NCBI GenBank assembly: GCA_018818785.1
Contig: JAHIRF010000005.1
Coordinates: 207,093 to 271,092, forward strand
Reading direction: 5' to 3'
Length of the DNA: 64,000 nt
From: Thermoplasmatota archaeon
Lineage (GTDB): Archaea > Thermoplasmatota > Thermoplasmata > UBA10834
In this document: piece by piece, positions 38,807-46,044 of the stretch
Numbering within the stretch: the stretch's first letter is position 1
Layout: every line of letters starts with the position of its first letter
Position numbers and translations under genes: made by a program
The notes under the pieces: generated by a model
Databases searched by the model: none
The model's input: the letters and a program-made list of their open reading frames with translations, nothing else
What the model was told of the DNA's origin: nothing

Positions 38807-39694
38807 TCATAGTTCTTCGAGCAGCGCAGATAATCGTTCCCAACACTGTCTCATCGCATCGATGGCAGGACAATTCAACCGATCATCGACGACGTTTCCC
38901 TTCGCCATCTCCTCGGCCAGGATATCATCGTAGGGTATCTTTCCGAGGAAATCCACACCTCTCTCCATCGCCATCCTCTCAATGGAATCAGCGGCACCGA
39001 CATTGATGTCACACCTATTCACGATGATGGCTGCTCCGACTTTGAAACCATGTAGCAAATCCAGTACCCTCTCGAGATCGTTCAGACCAGAACTGGTCGG
39101 TTCGGTGACAATCACCGCGATGCTCGCGCCTGACAATGACGATATCACCGGGCACCCAACCCCTGGTGGACCATCGACCAGGATCAATTGGAGCCCTTGA
39201 TCCATTGCCACCATTCGAGCTTTTTGTTTGACAATCGCCACCAATTTTCCGGAGTTCTCGGCACCTGGCTCCAAAAGTGCATGTACCATGGTTCCGCAGC
39301 TGGTATCGGAAACGAACCAATCGCCGACATACCTGTCCTTCATATCGATTGCTCCGTTGTCACATATTCTAGCACAAAGAGAGCATCCTTCACACGCATC
39401 TGCATCTATCTTGATCCTACCCAGGCAGGGATTGCCCGTGCTTTGGATGGCATCGAATCTGCATGCGGGGATGCACCAACCGCAGCCAGAGCACTTGGTG
39501 TCATCTATCGTCGCAATCTTCGAGCCGATGAACCGTTCACTCTGGACGATCTTTGGTTTGAGCATCAGGTGAAGGTTCGGTGCATCTACATCACAATCCG
39601 CCAACACCTTATCCTTCATGACAGTGGCCAGATATCCCAGGAATGTGGTCTTGCCAGTGCCACCCTTTCCGCTTATTACCACGATCTCCTTCAC
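38807..39694 (-). CDS. MinD-superfamily P-loop ATPase with an inserted 2x[4Fe-4S] ferredoxin domain (COG1149-like)
   Basis: Deviant Walker A ISGKGGTGKTT. CSGCGWCIPACRFDAI and CEGCSLCARICDNGAI. ATGA overlap with the upstream paralogue. Confidence 0.85.
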   Translation of the reverse strand: MKEIVVISGKGGTGKTTFLGYLATVMKDKVLADCDVDAPNLHLMLKPKIVQSERFIGSKIATIDDTKCSGCGWCIPACRFDAIQSTGNPCLGRIKIDADACEGCSLCARICDNGAIDMKDRYVGDWFVSDTSCGTMVHALLEPGAENSGKLVAIVKQKARMVAMDQGLQLILVDGPPGVGCPVISSLSGASIAVIVTEPTSSGLNDLERVLDLLHGFKVGAAIIVNRCDINVGAADSIERMAMERGVDFLGKIPYDDILAEEMAKGNVVDDRLNCPAIDAMRQCWERLSALLEEL

Positions 39695-40551
39695 CGAGAC
39701 ACCTCCTTCAGGATGCGGTCCCTCAACTCAGAGAACACTCCGGCATATTCCGGAAGGCTGGAGATGAGTCCTCCTTTCGAATAGATCTCGGCGATCCTCC
39801 TATCTAGGGGTAGTGTGCCAGCTATCGGCATATCGACCGATTCACAAAATTTACGGATATCAGGGCCCGGAAGCCCCTCCTTGTTGACGAACACCATGGT
39901 TGGTATGTTGAGCTTCCTCGTCACGTTGAGCGCAAGTTTCAGGTCGTGCAATCCGAACGGAGTGGGTTCGGTCACCAGGACGCAGATATCCGATCCTCTG
40001 ATACTCTCCACTGCTGTGCACGCCGTGCCCGGCGGACAATCTATTATCGTGACAGTGTCAGGAGGTAACGCCTTCTTCACCCTCCTGATCAATGAAGGGG
40101 CCGAAACCTCTCCCACCTTCAATCTCCCATATAGGAGGTTCAGTATGCCTCCTTTGGCTCTGATCACAGCACCCATCAAGTGATCTTTTTCCTCGATTGC
40201 GCCATCTGGACAGAGCATCGTGCATGCGCCACATCCGTGGCAGAGTTCATCGAATACCATGACTCTCTTCGGTAGCACGACGATGGCATGGAATTCGCAT
40301 ACCTCTGCGCATCTTCCGCATAACGTGCACAGGTCGTCATCTACCTTCGGCACGGGTCTGTGGGCAGGTTCCTCGGATTCAGAGGTCGCATTCGTGAAAA
40401 TGTGGCAGTTCGGTTCCTCCACATCCAGATCGACAAGTAGAGAACCATCGGTCATCGCTGCGAGGTTCGTGGCGATCAAGGTCTTTCCAGTACCCCCTTT
40501 TCCGCTGGCTACCGCTATCCTGATGGAATCTCCTCCATTATCTGTTGCCAT
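39691..40551 (-). CDS. MinD-superfamily P-loop ATPase with an inserted 2x[4Fe-4S] ferredoxin domain (COG1149-like), second paralogue
   Basis: ASGKGGTGKT. CTLCGRCAEVCEFHAI and CHGCGACTMLCPDGAI. Confidence 0.85.
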   Translation of the reverse strand: MATDNGGDSIRIAVASGKGGTGKTLIATNLAAMTDGSLLVDLDVEEPNCHIFTNATSESEEPAHRPVPKVDDDLCTLCGRCAEVCEFHAIVVLPKRVMVFDELCHGCGACTMLCPDGAIEEKDHLMGAVIRAKGGILNLLYGRLKVGEVSAPSLIRRVKKALPPDTVTIIDCPPGTACTAVESIRGSDICVLVTEPTPFGLHDLKLALNVTRKLNIPTMVFVNKEGLPGPDIRKFCESVDMPIAGTLPLDRRIAEIYSKGGLISSLPEYAGVFSELRDRILKEVSR

Positions 40552-40553
40552 GA

Positions 40554-40913
40554 TCAGTGATGATGATCCTTACATGCGGTGTCATGGGTCGCAGGCTGCA
40601 ACTTGCCATCGGTCCAAAGCTTGATGGCATCTCTCGCAGTCCCGGTCGCTCCCACGAAGACATTGATGCCGAACGAGCTGAGCATGTCTATGGCTTTCGG
40701 CCCAAGACCTGCACATATCATGATCTGCGCTCCAGTCTTCGCTATGTGTTCAGGGGGCTTCCCTAGGCCACCCATGTGCTCACTTCTATTCTTCACGATC
40801 AACACGTCGTTGGTGTCAAGGTCTACTACCGTGAATGTCGGCGCGCGGCCGAAGTGGTCGCTCACCATGTCATCTAATCCGCCTTTTTCCATTGTTGGTA
40901 TGCAGAGTTTCAT
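40554..40913 (-). CDS. NifX/NifB-C-terminal-like (dinitrogenase FeMo-cofactor-binding fold, COG1433) protein
   Basis: MKLCIPTMEKGGLDDMVSDHFGRAPTFTVVDL... is the typical family N-terminus. His-rich tail CKDHHH. Confidence 0.8.
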   Translation of the reverse strand: MKLCIPTMEKGGLDDMVSDHFGRAPTFTVVDLDTNDVLIVKNRSEHMGGLGKPPEHIAKTGAQIMICAGLGPKAIDMLSSFGINVFVGATGTARDAIKLWTDGKLQPATHDTACKDHHH

Positions 40914-41071
40914 CCGTTCGCACTCCTCTTCTTCTCAATCTTCTTTCTGAATCTCATCCCCCACCCTTCTCTGACGATATTGGTGGAGCCGCAGCAAAAG
41001 CATTTCGCAGGTTTGTCTGGCATGGCGATGTCGAGCCCGCATGCCGCACATCTGAACCTGAGGATCCTCAA
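40910..41071 (-). CDS. Unlisted 53-aa zinc-ribbon micro-protein (or 37 aa from the internal ATG at 41023)
   Basis: My own translation: (TTG)MRILRFRCAACGLDIAMPDKPAKCFCCGSTNIVREGWGMRFRKKIEKKRSANG*. It has a CxxC-x12-CxCC pattern. The TTG overlaps the upstream TGA (TTGA) and its TGA overlaps the downstream ATG (ATGA). It is below the ORF-track length cut-off. Confidence 0.5.
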   Translation of the reverse strand: MRILRFRCAACGLDIAMPDKPAKCFCCGSTNIVREGWGMRFRKKIEKKRSANG

Positions 41072-41535
41072 TCTCTGTCCTCCTCATTCCTCGCCATTTT
41101 CTCTCTGCGGTCTCTTATCGCATTCCTGAAAGCTATTATGGCGAGGTTGGCGCAGTGCTTGTGATCCTCCGGAAGTCCACCTAGCGAGTGTTCGAGTTCC
41201 TCTGCCCTCAACTTCTCCGCCTCATCGATGGTCTTGCCAATGATCATCTTGGTCAGGCGGCTCCCGCAAGCTATCGTTGCGCCACAACCATCGGTATAGA
41301 AAGTGCACCGCGTTATGCGGTCTTTCTCCACTTTTATCCATATCTCCATGGTGTCCATGCATAGACCGTCAGCGACACCGTTCCCGTCCGCCTCGTCGAT
41401 GGGACCGATGTTCGCTGGACTTCTGAACTCGGCGATGACATCCTTTGAGTAGATCGCATATTCATCCGCATCGATCGCGACCATTATGTTATCGACGAGT
41501 CTGTCGAGCTCAGAAGACTCCCGGTTATTGTTCAT
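41068..41535 (-). CDS. IscU/NifU-N-like Fe-S scaffold protein
   Basis: Three scaffold-type cysteines in ADGLCMD, TDGCGATIACGS and HKHCANLAIIAFRNAI. Start candidates are 41574, 41550, 41535 and 41484. Confidence 0.75.
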   Translation of the reverse strand: MNNNRESSELDRLVDNIMVAIDADEYAIYSKDVIAEFRSPANIGPIDEADGNGVADGLCMDTMEIWIKVEKDRITRCTFYTDGCGATIACGSRLTKMIIGKTIDEAEKLRAEELEHSLGGLPEDHKHCANLAIIAFRNAIRDRREKMARNEEDRD

Positions 41536-41542
41536 GGTGTTT

Positions 41543-41965
41543 TCATCCATTCCTATTCGGTCCGTGAGGGCCATGTCCGTGATGTCCGGGTGATGTCCAT
41601 GATCCCATGCGCGTCAGTTCGCCTCTCCTATACGCTTCAATCGCGGCACTGACAGTCCCAACGGGTTTCATGAAGGCAGCGATGCCACTCCCATCCAGAA
41701 CCATGAATGCGTTCGGCCCCAGATTTCCAGTGATCACCACTTTTACTCCTAGGTCCACTACCTTTTGCGCTGCCTGGGTCCCAGCCCCGCTTGCGGAATC
41801 TTGGCCAGGGTTTCTCACCGCCCGATGTGATCCATCTGCTTCGACAACGATGAAGTAACTGCATCGGCCGAATCGTGGATCCAGAGGCGATTCCATCGAA
41901 TCGCCCGTCGCGCTCACTGCTATGCATTGACTATTCTCGTCTTTCTCAACAATTTTCGAATTCAT
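41543..41965 (-). CDS. NifX-like (COG1433) protein with a His/Gly-rich tail
   Basis: SPLDPRFGRCSYFIVVEADG...GAGTQAAQKVVDLGVKVVITGNLGPNA. Tail SPGHHGHGPHGPNRNG. ATG at 41965. Confidence 0.75.
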   Translation of the reverse strand: MNSKIVEKDENSQCIAVSATGDSMESPLDPRFGRCSYFIVVEADGSHRAVRNPGQDSASGAGTQAAQKVVDLGVKVVITGNLGPNAFMVLDGSGIAAFMKPVGTVSAAIEAYRRGELTRMGSWTSPGHHGHGPHGPNRNG

Positions 41966-41969
41966 ATGA

Positions 41970-42278
41970 TCACTCACAACATTGAGTTCCTCGCATAATG
42001 GTGCCACAACCTGGACACAGCATCCTGTTGCATGGCACACCCCTCGTCGTGTGGGGCACTCTCTTCCCGCACTTCGGGCACACGCACGTGGGCGACCCGA
42101 ACGCGGAACAGTCATCACTCGAGGGTTCTTGGTCCTCTGTCATTCCTTCCCCTCCAGAATCTCTGAGGGCCCACCCGTCTCGGATTACCAAGATTGCATC
42201 CACACCGACATGGTCTGCCCCTGGGCCCGAATCCTGGGTCACCGTATTGGCGATATTCTCGATTGTATCCTGCACCAC
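41970..42278 (-). CDS. Small protein with a C-terminal double zinc-ribbon (CxCPxCG...PC...CPGCG)
   Basis: C-terminus CVCPKCGKRVPHTTRGVPCNRMLCPGCGTIMRG. GTG at 42278 or ATG at 42143. The upstream half overlaps an alternative R/G-rich frame (see findings). Confidence 0.55.
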   Translation of the reverse strand: MVQDTIENIANTVTQDSGPGADHVGVDAILVIRDGWALRDSGGEGMTEDQEPSSDDCSAFGSPTCVCPKCGKRVPHTTRGVPCNRMLCPGCGTIMRGTQCCE

Positions 42279-42300
42279 GTCCTCTGTTGCCTCTCCTCAT

Positions 42301-43173
42301 CTAGTTCACCTCTTCCTCAACCAACTCGATAATCCTGTCAGTGATTGGTTCGAAGGCCTTCGATATGCCATTCGAGCCGCCCGCAAATGGTTTGCCATCA
42401 TCACCGCTCCTGGCGATCTCGGGATCAATGGGGAGCTTTCCAAGTATCGGTATGGACATATCTCTTACCGCTCTCTCGACTCCGCCGTCCTCGAACAGTT
42501 TTATCTCCTTTCCACAATGCGTGCATTGCAGGCCATACATGTTTTCAACAAGTCCCAGTGTTCTCAGTCCGACTGCCTTCGCGAAATTGATGGACTTCCT
42601 GACGCTTAGGAGGGCGACATCCTGAGGTGTTGTCACTATGATTGTTCCGTCAGGGGATGGGACGAGCTGGGCTACGCTCAATGGCTCGTCTCCAGTGCCT
42701 GGAGGCAGGTCGACGATCAGATAGTCCAGTTCGCCCCAGGACACCTCTTCGAGGAACTGCTTTATTGCGCCCATCTTCACAGGCCCTCGCCAGATCACCG
42801 GTGAGTCTGTGTCCTTGAGCAAGAATGCGATTGAAACGACCTTGATCGATGAGCCGAACATGGCTGGCACGATCTTCCCGTTCTCGTCGATGTTCAATGG
42901 CAGGTTCGGCAATCCCAACATCTTGGGCACGCTTGGGCCATGCATGTCCGCGTCAAGCAAGCCGACCTTCCTTCCCTTCTTAGCCAGCCCTGCCGCGAGG
43001 TTCACGGCAACGGTGGATTTTCCAACGCCGCCCTTACCGCTCATCACTATGATCTTGTGCTTGACCCCCCTGAGGTTCTCCTCGGCGCTGTTGCCGGATT
43101 TCTCCTTGGAGGATGCCGCCTGCTTCCCAGTGAATGCGTTCATTCTTTCACCACTCTCCGTATGATCTAGCAT
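42301..43173 (-). CDS. Mrp/NBP35/ApbC-family Fe-S cluster carrier ATPase
   Basis: VMSGKGGVGKST deviant Walker A and the CxxC motif (QCTHCGK) typical of the family. Alternative ATG at 43143. TAG stop. Confidence 0.88.
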   Translation of the reverse strand: MLDHTESGERMNAFTGKQAASSKEKSGNSAEENLRGVKHKIIVMSGKGGVGKSTVAVNLAAGLAKKGRKVGLLDADMHGPSVPKMLGLPNLPLNIDENGKIVPAMFGSSIKVVSIAFLLKDTDSPVIWRGPVKMGAIKQFLEEVSWGELDYLIVDLPPGTGDEPLSVAQLVPSPDGTIIVTTPQDVALLSVRKSINFAKAVGLRTLGLVENMYGLQCTHCGKEIKLFEDGGVERAVRDMSIPILGKLPIDPEIARSGDDGKPFAGGSNGISKAFEPITDRIIELVEEEVN

Positions 43174-43553
43174 GTGAACACGCGGTCTGCGTCAGCAGCC
43201 TCAGCTGCAAAATCCATGAGATTGATGAACTCGACCCCTTCGATGAACGCTTTCTTGTCTATGCCCCTTGATTCCAGGCAAGGAATGCAGACCTGGACTT
43301 TGCCACCGCTCTTCACGAACGCGTCGATCATCTGCTTCACAGGTGCCATGCCCTCTACCGACTTCAGCTTCTCCGCAAAACCCTTCTGGACAAGCTTGAC
43401 CCCGCTCCCGGTCAAGAACACCTTCGTCTTGATGCCAAGCGCGGATGATGCGCCTGCGCAAGCGAAGGCCATGGTCGCTCTTTCGACGTCCTCGTCTCCA
43501 TGCGTTCCGACAACTATGAACGACTTCTTGCTGTAATCCTTAGTCTCTGACAT
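43167..43553 (-). CDS. DsrE/DsrF-like (COG2044-type) protein
   Basis: FIVVGTHGDEDVERATMAFACAG...KVQVCIPCLESRGI. 128 aa. TAG stop. Confidence 0.6.
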   Translation of the reverse strand: MSETKDYSKKSFIVVGTHGDEDVERATMAFACAGASSALGIKTKVFLTGSGVKLVQKGFAEKLKSVEGMAPVKQMIDAFVKSGGKVQVCIPCLESRGIDKKAFIEGVEFINLMDFAAEAADADRVFTC

Positions 43554-43627
43554 TCTGATACCTATGTGATACTAGCGGCATCAGGGTCAAGTCGAGAACG
43601 GCGAACAAGTTCGCCGCCCGCCAAATA

Positions 43628-44230
43628 TCAGTCTTCAGAAAGGCCGAATCTGTTCTCCTTGTAGTACGCACTGTATATGGCCCCGATGGGGTTGTGCGCG
43701 AGCACCCGGTCCTTCACTATGAGCGTCGTCACAGGTGCTTTCGAGTGCTTCGTGAAGAGTATGTCGTGACCGATGCACAGACCGATAGCGATGTTCATTT
43801 CAGTGCCAACCTCTGCGAGGCACATGGCCTGTCCGATCGGATCGCAGACTGCTTCATTAGCATCATCTCCATGCATCTTGACGACTCCAAGGTCCGCCTT
43901 GTCTATTCCGCAGACCTTGCAGCATACTGAATGGACTTCGAAGTCGTTCTTTTGGAGGATGTCAGTGATGGTCCTTGCCTCCGATGAAAGGCCGACACAG
44001 AACGCCACCCCGAGCTTCTTCATCCCCATCTCCTTTGCGTAGAGAATCAGTTCTTCGAGCCTCGTCAACTTCATGTAGTGCTCGGCCTCGATCTTGCCTG
44101 AGACGAGCATGGATTCGAGGTCGAACCCCTCGTACTCTCTCTTGGCCTTCTCCGCCAAGCCGAAGCAGTCTTTACCCTCGTAGCAGTCCTTCTTGTCGCA
44201 GTGCGCGCAATCCGTTCGCATCTTCCTCAC
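43628..44230 (-). CDS. DUF1847-like Cys-rich putative metal-binding protein
   Basis: N-terminal CAHCDKKDCYEGKDC cluster plus conserved internal Cys (SVCCKVCG, AVCDP). 200 aa. Confidence 0.55.
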   Translation of the reverse strand: MRKMRTDCAHCDKKDCYEGKDCFGLAEKAKREYEGFDLESMLVSGKIEAEHYMKLTRLEELILYAKEMGMKKLGVAFCVGLSSEARTITDILQKNDFEVHSVCCKVCGIDKADLGVVKMHGDDANEAVCDPIGQAMCLAEVGTEMNIAIGLCIGHDILFTKHSKAPVTTLIVKDRVLAHNPIGAIYSAYYKENRFGLSED

Positions 44231-44250
44231 CGTCCCTTTTCGCAGCAGTA

Positions 44251-44886
44251 TCAGCAGATCTCTCTAATATGGCTCGCAACGAGCTTCCTCTGGGCTCTTC
44301 GCAAGATGACATCGAGAGTCGCCTTTGATATCTCCAGCTTCTTCGCGAGCTTATCGAGCGTGATCTTCCTCGGAATCTCGAAGTACCCGAACTGGAACGC
44401 GATCTGGAGCACTTTCTCTTGAGCCACGGTCAGTTCGGAGACCGTTCTCATGACCGATACTTTTTCCACCTCGACCGTGCAACCTAAATTCTTGACCTTG
44501 GCCACAAGGTCTGTCAGGACCGCTGCGTTCGGAGCTATCACATTCCATTGCATCACGCCGTTCTCGCGGTTGGATGCGGAATCTAGGAAACATCCCGAAT
44601 CGGCCATCAGCCTGCAGGCTGCACAAGTCTGGAGCTCAACGGTCCCAATGTGTCGGCCGGGTCCTGCGCTGGTGAGCTGCACGTTGCAGTTCGGTTCGAT
44701 TGCGCGGATCTTCTCGGCGAGTTCCTCCTGGGTGATCCCAGGATCCGCATCTATCTGGAGCAGACTCTGTCCCCCGGTTCCGTTCTTCGGTATGCATCTG
44801 AGTATCTTCACTGAGAGATCGCAACTGCTCGCCAGGCACCCTATCCAGTTGCCTGGTATCTTGATAAGGAGCGATGCGGATCTCAA
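44251..44886 (-). CDS. Transcriptional regulator with a C-terminal HTH_10 (bacterio-opsin-activator-type) domain
   Basis: LTVAQEKVLQIAFQFGYFEIPRKITLDKLAKKLEISKATLDVILRRAQRKL. The N-terminal domain carries Cys (LQTCAACRLMADSGCF). Confidence 0.75.
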   Translation of the reverse strand: MRSASLLIKIPGNWIGCLASSCDLSVKILRCIPKNGTGGQSLLQIDADPGITQEELAEKIRAIEPNCNVQLTSAGPGRHIGTVELQTCAACRLMADSGCFLDSASNRENGVMQWNVIAPNAAVLTDLVAKVKNLGCTVEVEKVSVMRTVSELTVAQEKVLQIAFQFGYFEIPRKITLDKLAKKLEISKATLDVILRRAQRKLVASHIREIC

Positions 44887-45245
44887 GCCCGATCACCCGT
44901 TTCCTTTCCTCGCCTCGATCGATTCCGACCATGGTCCTTTCGCGCGTCCGGGTCGATTGTGTGAGGGACATTTCTCGCGATCTTCAATGCTGCGCCATCG
45001 ATCAACGATTTTGCGGACTTGTGTCTAGCGCTCGACAATATCCGATTGAAAGTCGGTTGCGATACGTCCATCTTCTCTGCGGATTGTCCTTGTGAAAATC
45101 CTTCTAGGTCTGATAATCTGAGTGCTTCGAGCTCGTCCAGTTCCATCTCTATGATCGACAGTTCGCTCAAAGGAGTCCCCTGGGGTTTGAAAATCTTATG
45201 GTTCGGATCCAGGCAGATCTTTCTGCATCTTTTCGGTCTAGGCAC
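44883..45245 (-). CDS. DUF134/UPF0251 (COG1342) predicted DNA-binding protein
   Basis: MPRPKRCRKI...FKPQG...ELEALRLSDLEGFSQGQSAEKMDVSQPTFNRIL is the classic family sequence. GTG start. 4-nt overlap with the next gene. Confidence 0.8.
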   Translation of the reverse strand: MPRPKRCRKICLDPNHKIFKPQGTPLSELSIIEMELDELEALRLSDLEGFSQGQSAEKMDVSQPTFNRILSSARHKSAKSLIDGAALKIARNVPHTIDPDARKDHGRNRSRRGKETGDRA

Positions 45246-45247
45246 GG

Positions 45248-45267
45248 TTATGAATAATAATTCATAA
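45248..45267 (-). promoter_or_regulatory. Perfect 8-bp-arm palindrome between a TATA-like box and the first gene of the cluster
   Basis: TTATGAAT-aata-ATTCATAA lies 3-22 nt upstream of the GTG at 45245. A TATA-like CTTTAAGAT is at 45271-45279. Confidence 0.35.
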
Positions 45268-45335
45268 CTACTTTAAGATTTCCCCCGAATGGCGATTGCC
45301 TGATATCATTCGACGTCAAATCGGGATAATGGATG

Positions 45336-45408
45336 TGGGCCCAACCGGATTTGAACCGGTGATCTACGCCGTGTAAGGGCGTTGTCATAACCGCTAGACC
45401 ATGGGCCC
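45336..45408 (-). tRNA. tRNA-Val (anticodon TAC)
   Basis: The reverse complement gives acceptor GGGCCCA/TGGGCCC, anticodon stem ACGCC/GGCGT with loop CTTACAC, and T-arm ACCGG-TTCAAAT-CCGGT. No encoded CCA. Confidence 0.9.
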
Positions 45409-45462
45409 GTTGGGGCGGACCAGTTTATGCCCTACCTGTTCTTAAAACATTCTCAGGGCGGT

Positions 45463-46044
45463 TCATCGCTTCGCAGCATCGAAACCCATGGCGAATGCCT
45501 GGAGGTTCTCCTGTAGTCTCCTTGGAATGTTCATCTCGAGCGCCTTCTCGAAATGCTCCCTCGAGATTCCTGTCACTCCTGTCCCGACTAGCGCTCCTAT
45601 CATGACTACGTTCGAGGACATCGGCACGCCGGCCTTCTTTGCGACCTCCCCCGAGTCGATCATGAAAACACGAGCCGAGGTCTCTTCCATCTTCTTCTTG
45701 ATCTCATCGAGACCAGGATACCTCATCTTCTGCGTGGACACGCTTAGGGGCACGACCCTCTCGGTGGAGCTGATGACCACGGTCTTCTTGGACGACTTGC
45801 AGACCGCTCTCTCGGTCTCGAGGAGTTCAAGCGAGAGTATTACATCCGCGTTGCCGTCGGTTATCAATGGACTTGAGTGGTCACCGATCCTCGCAGTGCA
45901 GACGACGGACCCGCCTCTCTGGGCCATGCCGTGCGTCTCGCTCATTATCACGCCTTTGCCCGCTAGTATCGCTGCATCGCCGATTATCTTGGATGCGGTG
46001 ATTATCCCCTGGCCACCCACACCTACGAGATAGATATCGACCAT
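45463..46044 (-). CDS. iorB: Indolepyruvate:ferredoxin oxidoreductase subunit beta
   Basis: MVDIYLVGVGGQGIITASKIIG...ETHGMAQRGGSV. The ATG shares one base with the iorA TGA (TGATG). Confidence 0.88.
   Translation of the reverse strand: MVDIYLVGVGGQGIITASKIIGDAAILAGKGVIMSETHGMAQRGGSVVCTARIGDHSSPLITDGNADVILSLELLETERAVCKSSKKTVVISSTERVVPLSVSTQKMRYPGLDEIKKKMEETSARVFMIDSGEVAKKAGVPMSSNVVMIGALVGTGVTGISREHFEKALEMNIPRRLQENLQAFAMGFDAAKR

Noticed and set aside
43600-43615. Hairpin GGCGAAC-aa-GTTCGCC downstream of the DUF1847-like gene, considered as an intrinsic terminator splitting the Fe-S cluster.
   Set aside because: The inverted repeat is real, but no oligo-T tract follows it on the transcribed strand, and an oligo-T tract is the usual archaeal termination signal. 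Its function is undetermined, so it is mentioned only within the cluster finding.
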